From an uncultured virus (IMG/VR IMGVR_UViG_3300010049_000003) (lineage: Duplodnaviria; Heunggongvirae; Uroviricota; Caudoviricetes): a stretch of DNA of 64,000 nt. The position numbers and the translations under genes were made by a program. The notes beneath the pieces were generated by a model. It saw nothing but the letters and a program-made list of their open reading frames with translations, was not told where the DNA came from and ran no database searches. Numbering within the stretch: position 1 is the stretch's first letter; every line of letters begins with the position of its first letter. The DNA is taken from IMG/VR virus record IMGVR_UViG_3300010049_000003; one strand, written 5' to 3'. Below are positions 21,192 through 29,252 of the stretch, piece after piece.

Positions 21192-24100
21192 ATGCCGTCC
21201 GTCTCCAAGAAACAGGCGAATCTGATGTCGGCCATTGCGCATGGCTGGAACCCCCCGATGAAACATGCGCCGTCGCTCGCCGTGGCCAAAGAGTTTCATG
21301 AAGCCGATAAGCGCGTGGGTAAATGGGAGCATGCCGAGGGTGGTAAAGTTCAAAATCTTCAGAGGCTTCTAGACTGGATGGCGAGCACACATCCCTATAA
21401 CAGAGCGCCCAGGGAGGGTATGTTTGGTAAGAATAGCCGCTTTTACATGGGCCTATTGAGATCACATGACTGGAATCCACGAATGTCGAGTGGGGACCGG
21501 GATTTGATGACTTACATGGCTGAGACGACCCCTCAAGACATGTTACATAGTCATGCCTCTGATATGGAGAAACTAGTAGATAAATATAGTCTACAACTTC
21601 AATACCCATTAGTTACATATCGGGGGCTATCTTTACCCGAACGTCCACAGGAAGGAACTGTCGTACAAGCATTACATCCACAGTCCACTGGCCTAGATGA
21701 TGAGTTAGCAGAACAGTTTAAAGAGTTCAGTAAAAATTATAGCAATCCATATGCAACATTTTTAAAGATTATCAATCCTGAACAAAGTCGTTTATTGCCT
21801 AATCCTCTCTCGGGCCAGAATGAATTACTTTTACCTCCTGGGCAAAAAGGCGCATTAACATTAAGGGATGTAGCGACAATAAAGGATTTGGTTAATGAAA
21901 CAGAGGAATATGTAGCTCATGCAAACAGACCTAGCTATGCCGATGGCGGCAAGGTAAATAATCTTAAGCGTGTCTGGGACTGGATGATGTCTAAATATGG
22001 GAAGGACATCCATCACGGCATGTTTGGAGAGAACACTTACGGTTATATGGCAGAGCTTCGTAAACGGGGGTGGAATCCCCCGATGACGCCGGGGCATTTT
22101 GACACAATGATGACTTTGGCTGCCTCTCCGTCAGATTTTTGGAACCGGTCATCGGCTCATAACGATATGCAAGAGCTGTTTGATAGATATGGCCTTAATC
22201 TGGACTCACCGCTGACGACCCATCGCGGCATGGTGATGACCGATAAGACTCTGCCGGAAACAGGTGGGGTTATCGTATCGTCTAAGCCGCAATCTACGAG
22301 CTACAACCCATACAAAGCTGCTGAATTCGCTAACCCAGGAGGACTTACATCCCAGTCTATAAATATGGCCAAGCGTCTGGGCCAGACACCAATGCCTACA
22401 ATGACTGAGATCTTAAATTATCCCAAGACTAGGTTGCTTCCCAATCCTTTGAGTGGCGAGGATGAGCTAATACTGCCGGGAGGGGCAGAAGGGGCCTTAT
22501 CAGTGCGGGGAGTGCATGAGGGGTTAATCGATAGGACCCCGGACGAGTTTGTAGGTTACCCGGATACTGAACCGTTTGAGGGTATGCTTATAGACGCTGC
22601 CCACCGGCCCCTATATCAGGAAGGTGGACAGGTGCAGGCCCCACCACAGCAGGGCCAGCCGCAACAGCCCCCGCAACCGTCGCAGCCCCCGATAGCTGCA
22701 CAGGGCATGGAGCAGCAGGACATTACACCGCTGGAGCGCATGTCACCAGAGATCCAGAGGCAGATGAGTAACTATCTACAACAGAACGTGTCGCAGCGGC
22801 CTGCCATGATGGCCCGGATGCGGGCGCAAAAGGCACTACTGTCGCAACAGGTACCTACGATGACTCTTCCACAGATGCAGGAGGGAGGGTCGGTAGAGAT
22901 CCCGGAGTTTAAACCCCCGAAAGTAGGAAGTTTGGTGCACGCGCATAATGCGCCGCACGTGCCTGCGTCCCCGATTACTCGGTTAGCGCAGGCCGCGCAG
23001 GCGAGCGGGGTGGAGCAGGCATTACAGGAAGGTGGGTCAGTGGGCCCGCTGGCATTAGGCGGTGACGACCCCAGCGACTGGTTTGCACAGCGCGAGGAGT
23101 TGCTTGGCCCCGGTAATACCATTACTGCATCATCATTCGATCGTCCCCGTGGGACACAGTTTACCGATCCCCGGAATGCGGATGAGTATACGTTAAATCT
23201 TATAGGTAATGCGGCAGATCGCGCCATGTCTGCAGTAGGAATCGATGACAATCATCGACAACTTTCACGGTTAATTGCAACCATGGCGGGACAGGCAGGA
23301 GGTGTCGATGAGCAGGGGCACCTACGTATGCCGTCTTTTTCCTCCTCCAAGACCCCTTTACCGGGGGCTGTCAGCAGTGTGTTGGGGTGGCCTGCAGAGA
23401 TTGGGCAGATAGCCTCGGCCATGTCCCGAGTACCATTGTCTCCTATAGAGTCTGCAGATCCGGCTTCTGTTAGTCTCCATGGTTTATCCAGTCTGTTAGG
23501 CGGGCTCTATGACAAGTATGGTGACAGTATGCTGGGCTGGTCAAAGGCGGCTGCGGATAAAGCTGGTCAGGCAGAGATTGCGGCGAGAAGAGCCATGGGG
23601 CTCACACCAGCAAAGGGGATCAAGGAGAAATTACCAGAATCATTAGGCTACATGCTCGCCCAGATACCGGTCGGGGAGGCGGGTGCAGCAAAATCATTAT
23701 TATCTGATGCCCTGACAAGCGGTCTCGAGTTCTTAGGCCCTACGATTCGTCCATCTACGCGCAACTATCTGAAGGGCACTGCATTCGGCGCCTTATTGCC
23801 GGGGGGCGGGGACGATCTGTCGCCTGGGACGGGTAAATGGTCTACGCCCGGGGCAACGGGTTCATTTGCAGGGGGCGGGCAGGTGCGTAACGTCCCTGCT
23901 GCGATGAACGTGCTCGAGTCAATGCTTAGGAAGTCGCTCGCGCGCGACCAGCAGATTTCTACTGGCGCGAGCCAGACGAGTCGTGGTATACTCCCGGGGC
24001 CGGCTGCGATGGCCGGTGGAGGGAAGGTTGATATGACACGACGCGCATTTTTGAAAGGGCTGGGAGCGACGGCTGCGGCGGGAGCGGTAGGAGTGAAGGC

Positions 24101-24824
24101 TCCTGGTGTGTTAAAAGAGTTAACCAAAGCAGCCGGTCCAGCAGGGCCACAGGCCCTAAAATCTACCGCGCTGCAATTTACAGGGGCTGACGGGCTGGTC
24201 AGATTAGTTCATGACCACATTATGAATAATGAGCTAGATCACTTATTTCCAAGACATGACCCTACGTTCGATTTTGCCAAAGACTTGGCTCCAGGTGTCG
24301 ATAAGTATAAGCATGTAGTAAAGAATCAAGCTGGTTTAACACGTCAGGCCATGGAGGACTTATACGCGCATTATGTAGATACTCAGGAATTACCACCACG
24401 CCTTGCAGAATTGTCCCACGCGTTGGCAGAAGGCGCGGGCGCGAGCATGGAGGAACATCAACGTATCAATGAGTTACTACATGGCATGGCCACACAGGAT
24501 TGGAAAGGTACCGACAATAGTTCCGGCGATCTGTTTAATTTGAATATGCAGCATTTCCATAAAATGTTCGGGGACGAAGCCACTAGAGATGCTGATAACA
24601 AAGTATTGGAAATGTATGGTAGCTTACATGATATTGGCTATCCTCATGAAGTGCAGGACCAAGTACACCCACACACCTTAGAACATTTAAAGACTCAAGA
24701 AGGGGCACGGGTAAAAAATATGGTTGAAACCTATGGGCCCGGGGCTGAGAACATGGGCTATGAGTCACCTGAAGCTCCTGGACACTGGTTCCCCGAGGAT
24801 TTGGAAGAGCCAGAAGGATGGTAA
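21192..24824 (+). CDS. Polyvalent internal virion protein with two tandem R-S-E ADP-ribosyltransferase domains and an internal Tat-like signal
   Basis: YRG..QSTG..QNE and HRG..QSTS..EDE triads; seven xxxGGxV motifs; TRRAFLK plus hydrophobic stretch. Confidence 0.75.
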   Translation: MPSVSKKQANLMSAIAHGWNPPMKHAPSLAVAKEFHEADKRVGKWEHAEGGKVQNLQRLLDWMASTHPYNRAPREGMFGKNSRFYMGLLRSHDWNPRMSSGDRDLMTYMAETTPQDMLHSHASDMEKLVDKYSLQLQYPLVTYRGLSLPERPQEGTVVQALHPQSTGLDDELAEQFKEFSKNYSNPYATFLKIINPEQSRLLPNPLSGQNELLLPPGQKGALTLRDVATIKDLVNETEEYVAHANRPSYADGGKVNNLKRVWDWMMSKYGKDIHHGMFGENTYGYMAELRKRGWNPPMTPGHFDTMMTLAASPSDFWNRSSAHNDMQELFDRYGLNLDSPLTTHRGMVMTDKTLPETGGVIVSSKPQSTSYNPYKAAEFANPGGLTSQSINMAKRLGQTPMPTMTEILNYPKTRLLPNPLSGEDELILPGGAEGALSVRGVHEGLIDRTPDEFVGYPDTEPFEGMLIDAAHRPLYQEGGQVQAPPQQGQPQQPPQPSQPPIAAQGMEQQDITPLERMSPEIQRQMSNYLQQNVSQRPAMMARMRAQKALLSQQVPTMTLPQMQEGGSVEIPEFKPPKVGSLVHAHNAPHVPASPITRLAQAAQASGVEQALQEGGSVGPLALGGDDPSDWFAQREELLGPGNTITASSFDRPRGTQFTDPRNADEYTLNLIGNAADRAMSAVGIDDNHRQLSRLIATMAGQAGGVDEQGHLRMPSFSSSKTPLPGAVSSVLGWPAEIGQIASAMSRVPLSPIESADPASVSLHGLSSLLGGLYDKYGDSMLGWSKAAADKAGQAEIAARRAMGLTPAKGIKEKLPESLGYMLAQIPVGEAGAAKSLLSDALTSGLEFLGPTIRPSTRNYLKGTAFGALLPGGGDDLSPGTGKWSTPGATGSFAGGGQVRNVPAAMNVLESMLRKSLARDQQISTGASQTSRGILPGPAAMAGGGKVDMTRRAFLKGLGATAAAGAVGVKAPGVLKELTKAAGPAGPQALKSTALQFTGADGLVRLVHDHIMNNELDHLFPRHDPTFDFAKDLAPGVDKYKHVVKNQAGLTRQAMEDLYAHYVDTQELPPRLAELSHALAEGAGASMEEHQRINELLHGMATQDWKGTDNSSGDLFNLNMQHFHKMFGDEATRDADNKVLEMYGSLHDIGYPHEVQDQVHPHTLEHLKTQEGARVKNMVETYGPGAENMGYESPEAPGHWFPEDLEEPEGW

Positions 24825-24830
24825 AGCATT

Positions 24831-27215
24831 ATGGGTTCCAAAGCTGAAGAAGTTGCACGGGCCCTGCGGGCCCTGTCTGCTGAGACGGCGCAGCACTCCG
24901 GCTTTCCGATGCATGGGTTTTTTTCGACGCTCGATGAACTGTTACAGCGTTCTCCCAACAAGATGCCCGGGACCCAATGGGCAAATTATCTATCTCCCGG
25001 TAAAACTATTACGCGTGGTGGGCGGCAGTTTGGACTTACAGCCGATGAGCTACGGCATGCTGGCTTAGATTTTAATTTAAAATTAAGGGCCCCAGGATCT
25101 TTTACCCGGGAAGAAATGTTAGATGCCTTGCGTAGTACGCGTAGTAGCGGGCGACAACAATTTACACCTTTGTTCTATTCTTCATTACGTTCACCGTTAC
25201 GTGGAGCATTGGATGAATTGAATGTCTCTAAAGACCTTCCGCCACAGATTAGAGAAATAAGACCAACGTCTTATGGGCGGTTTAGAACGCCTGGTACAAA
25301 ATGGGCGGAAGATGTAGTAACTAGTAGTCCCGAACCTCAAATTACAAGATTATCTCAAATGCCCCGTTTCTCTACTCATTTCATGAGAAGTGGATACGAT
25401 TCTGCTTTACATGAACCCAATTATGACTATAGAGGTATTTCCTGGACTCGACAAAATGTATTGCCAAAATTGGGTAGATTGGTGGATGAAATCCAATCAG
25501 ATGTACACCAACAGAATCCCCAGCGGACTGATGTTCCTTTTAGTGGTAATGCATGGATAAATCACGAATTACGTAAAGCTATGATGATGGCAGCCCAACG
25601 CGGTGAAAGTAGTATATCATTAGTTGATCCGTCTATTGTTGGTGGCCGATATCAAGATAACCCAGGGCTACAAAAATTCTATGAAGGGCCAGTTACTAAT
25701 GCTTGGAACGATTTAGCACGACGTTATGGGCTCGATTCCAGTTATGTTAACAAAACCATCCCAACTGATTTAGACTACGTACGTCGTCTTAAGCAATCAC
25801 GATCTAATTTAGATATGTTACAAGGACGTTCCTATTCCGGAGAAGATGGTACTCGCCGCATGCTTGCTGATTCCAGCTATTTTAAGGAGGCATTATCACG
25901 CCTGGATCCCGATATCTTGTCCCCTGCACTAAGACAAGCCAAGATAGAACATGACGCGGCAGAGGGCGCGTTACGTACTACTCGAGTTCCTTATGATGAA
26001 GCAAGACGATCGGGGCAAGATGATGCGTCTTTGGTGACCACTTGGGAAAATACACGTGACGAGTATCGGAATACCATGCGGAGTATGATGCAACATCTTC
26101 CAGAAGTAACTAGTAAATTAGATCAATTGATACGAAATCAACAAAGAACTGTGATAGGTCATGACTTTAATCGTATCCTATTGCCCGAGGATGCCCGGGA
26201 AAGTATCATGCAATCAGGTGTCCCTCTTTACCGGCTCGGTGGTCTCGCCCAGAAGTACGCCAGCGGTGGGCAGGTACAGACTGGCCCGATCCAGGACATG
26301 CTCAAGACCGTAAAGGCAGCGATGGCCCACCTGGAAGTCGGAGATAAGAATAAGGCAGCGGCGGTGCTGGCAGCCGACCCGCATGCACTCAAGCACCCCC
26401 AGCTTGCCGCAATCCACAAGCGGATGACTACACCAAAGCCTGCGCCCCCTGCTCCTTTCCAGATACCGTCACCACAGCAACCCATCGCTGGTGCCCCTCC
26501 GGTACAGCCAACAGCACTACAGGGAATGGCCCGGGGCGGGAGAATGAAGACCAATGTCCGAAAGATGCTGGTTAAACAGGGGCAAACTACCTCCGGGCCA
26601 ATCGAAGTGCCTATTCATGGGCTCACCCAGAACCGTGTCCTGAATGAAGACAATGTTAATGGGATTCAGAAAGCAATCACCGACGGCAAGGAAATGAACC
26701 CAGTTGTCATCGATGTAGCTGGTAACATCCTGGATGGTAATCATAGGGTAGAGGCTGCTCGTCGTCTGGGTATCAGCCATGTGGACGCACATGTCATCCA
26801 CGACAAAGGCCAGTCCCCCGGTTTCCAAGGTGGCGGGTCAGTCAAAGGTATTACTGACGCATTTGCGATGGCCCGGGAGCCCCAGCAAACTACTTCCCCT
26901 TCTATCCTGTCGAGCCTGACACAGGGCGTACAGCAACTGAACCAAAAGAATCCGATGGGTTCACGGGTGCTGGCCGCTCACGCGCAGGCCCTACTCCGGG
27001 CGCATCTGAACGCGGCCCGGAGCCTGCACCGACTCACGGGGAGCACGGCGGGATACCAGTCCCTGGGCACTACGCCGGCCCAGGACCCCATGGCGCAATA
27101 CGGTGCGATGAACCAGTTGGGGGCAGGTAGCCAGCCACCTACCCCCGGAGCTTCCCCTCTTGCGATGGCCCCTCTGGCTGTGCAGGCGGCACGTCAGGCC
27201 ACCGGACAGCAGTAG
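24831..27215 (+). CDS. Polyvalent internal virion protein with EIQSD-motif domain and ParB/Srx-like domain
   Basis: 'GFFS.L', 'LVDEIQSD', 'PVVID..GNILDGNHRVEAARRLG'; four xxxGG motifs. Confidence 0.7.
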   Translation: MGSKAEEVARALRALSAETAQHSGFPMHGFFSTLDELLQRSPNKMPGTQWANYLSPGKTITRGGRQFGLTADELRHAGLDFNLKLRAPGSFTREEMLDALRSTRSSGRQQFTPLFYSSLRSPLRGALDELNVSKDLPPQIREIRPTSYGRFRTPGTKWAEDVVTSSPEPQITRLSQMPRFSTHFMRSGYDSALHEPNYDYRGISWTRQNVLPKLGRLVDEIQSDVHQQNPQRTDVPFSGNAWINHELRKAMMMAAQRGESSISLVDPSIVGGRYQDNPGLQKFYEGPVTNAWNDLARRYGLDSSYVNKTIPTDLDYVRRLKQSRSNLDMLQGRSYSGEDGTRRMLADSSYFKEALSRLDPDILSPALRQAKIEHDAAEGALRTTRVPYDEARRSGQDDASLVTTWENTRDEYRNTMRSMMQHLPEVTSKLDQLIRNQQRTVIGHDFNRILLPEDARESIMQSGVPLYRLGGLAQKYASGGQVQTGPIQDMLKTVKAAMAHLEVGDKNKAAAVLAADPHALKHPQLAAIHKRMTTPKPAPPAPFQIPSPQQPIAGAPPVQPTALQGMARGGRMKTNVRKMLVKQGQTTSGPIEVPIHGLTQNRVLNEDNVNGIQKAITDGKEMNPVVIDVAGNILDGNHRVEAARRLGISHVDAHVIHDKGQSPGFQGGGSVKGITDAFAMAREPQQTTSPSILSSLTQGVQQLNQKNPMGSRVLAAHAQALLRAHLNAARSLHRLTGSTAGYQSLGTTPAQDPMAQYGAMNQLGAGSQPPTPGASPLAMAPLAVQAARQATGQQ

Positions 27216-27789
27216 GAAGTAAGCCACCGATAACCGTTTCTACCCAATCCCTAGCGAGGCTCCAGTCAGCAGTCGATGGGTATTTCATTTTAATAAGGTG
27301 CAAGATATCCTCTATCTTTCTCATTAGGCCATTAACCACATCCTCACTGCAGCCGCGTGCCCCCGCCTTGTATATTCCATACTGTTGCATCCATAGGATC
27401 GCTTCTACATTATCTGCGATCTTGAGCAGATACCAACTCGGCGTGCCTACCATCCCTTTTATTGCCCTATAGACTGTAGGGAAACCTTCTTGCGTCACTA
27501 TCTCCTCGAGCCTGCGAGAGACCTCGGGCCCGATCTTGTTTAATGTATCCTTCATGGTGGACGGGATGTCGCCCGTGACAATCTCCGGCAGATCATGGAT
27601 CAGAGCAAGCTGTGAAAGCGATTCCCTCTCCAGGCTCCCATTTGTGAAAAGGGTGTCATAAAGGTTCATAGTCAGGGCCCATACCCGGAAGCTGTGCTCG
27701 GCCACCGATTGGTCGCGCGACACCTCCACAATCTGCCACCGGCGGATTGTGTGTAATTGTAGCATGTCGTACAGCTCATTCCTAGTCAC
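27139..27789 (-). CDS. datZ: HD-domain dATP triphosphohydrolase
   Basis: 'IRRW..V...QSVAEHS', 'HDLPEIVTGDIPS', 'KIAD..EA'; adjacent to purZ and mazZ. Confidence 0.85.
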   Translation of the reverse strand: MTRNELYDMLQLHTIRRWQIVEVSRDQSVAEHSFRVWALTMNLYDTLFTNGSLERESLSQLALIHDLPEIVTGDIPSTMKDTLNKIGPEVSRRLEEIVTQEGFPTVYRAIKGMVGTPSWYLLKIADNVEAILWMQQYGIYKAGARGCSEDVVNGLMRKIEDILHLIKMKYPSTADWSLARDWVETVIGGLLPTAVRWPDVPPAQPEGPSQEGKLRG

Positions 27790-28141
27790 AGTGCCCTCCT
27801 TCCGACTCTACGTGCAATTCTATGCCATGATGGTAATGGCCGGTGGCCTCGTCTTTTTGCCACATGCGTCGCTCATTTATCCGCATCTTGTCCCGGATGG
27901 CCTGTGACAGGTCCACATTCCAGCATATTGCAAGATCCATCAATAGTATGAAACAGTCTGCTAGTTCACCGGCTATGCTGTCCACCCCCCGCTCCTTGCG
28001 GTGCTGCAGAAGCTCCGGTATCTCCTCCATGACCAGCTTAGAGAGCGCCCGCTCCGGGACGCGTCCCGGAAATGTACGGTCTGCCCAGTAGTGGATGTAT
28101 AGGGAAGCTTCGGTTATCGAATCCCAGTTAGGACTGGCCAT
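27782..28141 (-). CDS. mazZ: MazG-like (d)GTP pyrophosphohydrolase
   Basis: 'WADRTFP.R.....KL..EEIPE', 'GELAD..IL..D', 'KM.IN..R.W'; between purZ and datZ. Confidence 0.82.
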   Translation of the reverse strand: MASPNWDSITEASLYIHYWADRTFPGRVPERALSKLVMEEIPELLQHRKERGVDSIAGELADCFILLMDLAICWNVDLSQAIRDKMRINERRMWQKDEATGHYHHGIELHVESEGGHCD

Positions 28142-29252
28142 TGAAAGGCTCCTCTGCCAGGTATGGACGGGTCAGGGGCCACAGCGAATCATCAAAGTCA
28201 CGCTGCCACACATCTCTCACAGTGGGGCCGAATGAGAACAGGCGCACCGGGACGTTAATGTGAGTCCTGATAGAGCCTGCCAGTTGTTTAACTGGTTGTG
28301 GGAGGTTAGCCCGGCCCTGTCCGTTTAGGCATAGGTTGTCATCCATCGACAGCAGATAATCACAGAACGTTAATGCTATGCACGAGGGCCGCATGATGCG
28401 TGCTGCCTCCCACACCTGCTCGAGGCTGAAGTCAAAGATGCGGCGCGGCAACTTGGTTACCGTGGTAAGCTCCGGCTCCCGGTGCAGGTCCTCCTGCCAG
28501 TTCAGTTCTCGCTGGAATGGATGGGTATCCCCCGACCAGCCGATGCGCTCACCCTTGTCGTCGTACCGGTTCGCTACCCTGATGGGGTAAGTACGGCAAA
28601 CCCCGATGGTGCGGATGTCATCGCTCCACGGTATTCTACAATCTGCCAGTAGTTGTGCGGTGCTTACGTCGCGCGATGTGCAGTACGGGTAGAACGGCGT
28701 GTGGATGCCCAGCCCATAACCCTGTGCCCCCTCCACTAGCAACTTATTGCTATTGTCGACAGCACTGTCATATGCACTACCCGAGACGGTTATTAAATCG
28801 TGCCGCAACAATACCTGCCCGATCGTGGCCTGCGGCCCCCGCCGCATCTTGCGGATGGCCGCGATCATCGATCCTTTCATAGTGCTACCGATTCGCACCA
28901 GGTCTTTCTCCTCGTCTGCGTCGGTCGTCTGTAGCAATGCGGCGTTGCTATGAATTATCACATGCTTGCCGCGTACATGGTCAGCGGCATACGCCAGTTC
29001 TGTCTGGAGCTTGTGTAGGTCAACCACTGCCCCCGGGCCGATTAAAATAGTCTTCACTGATGGGGACAGCGCGCCGATCGGCAGCATGGAGTGCACGTAT
29101 TTCTTATCATTCATGTGCGCCGTGTGGCCTGCATTCGGATGCCACGCCGCGACCACCGCATCTGGTTGCCAGCCCAGGGCCGTTACCAGGGCAATACTGC
29201 CCTTAGCCTCTGAGCCCCACTGCATGCCCTGTATCGCTACTATTTCTGTCAT
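28128..29252 (-). CDS. purZ: N6-succino-2-amino-2'-deoxyadenylate synthase (PurA homologue)
   Basis: 'GMQWGSEAKG' (Ser replaces the catalytic Asp of PurA GDEGKG), NAGHT, GST, EGAQG, 'YPYCTSR', 'RTYPIRV', 'TTVTKLPRR'. Confidence 0.92.
   Translation of the reverse strand: MTEIVAIQGMQWGSEAKGSIALVTALGWQPDAVVAAWHPNAGHTAHMNDKKYVHSMLPIGALSPSVKTILIGPGAVVDLHKLQTELAYAADHVRGKHVIIHSNAALLQTTDADEEKDLVRIGSTMKGSMIAAIRKMRRGPQATIGQVLLRHDLITVSGSAYDSAVDNSNKLLVEGAQGYGLGIHTPFYPYCTSRDVSTAQLLADCRIPWSDDIRTIGVCRTYPIRVANRYDDKGERIGWSGDTHPFQRELNWQEDLHREPELTTVTKLPRRIFDFSLEQVWEAARIMRPSCIALTFCDYLLSMDDNLCLNGQGRANLPQPVKQLAGSIRTHINVPVRLFSFGPTVRDVWQRDFDDSLWPLTRPYLAEEPFNGQS

Noticed and set aside
24822..24833. Readthrough or stop-codon reassignment joining the two polyvalent genes
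   Set aside because: In frame, but the stop is TAA, an AAGGA lies upstream of the next ATG, and all three stop codons end genes normally elsewhere
26600..26810. Self-encoded ParAB partition system (plasmid prophage)
   Set aside because: No ParA, and the ParB-like domain lacks an obvious HTH and sits inside a putative virion protein
28128..29252. Ordinary purA auxiliary metabolic gene
   Set aside because: The catalytic Asp is replaced by Ser, and mazZ, datZ and the polymerase are adjacent
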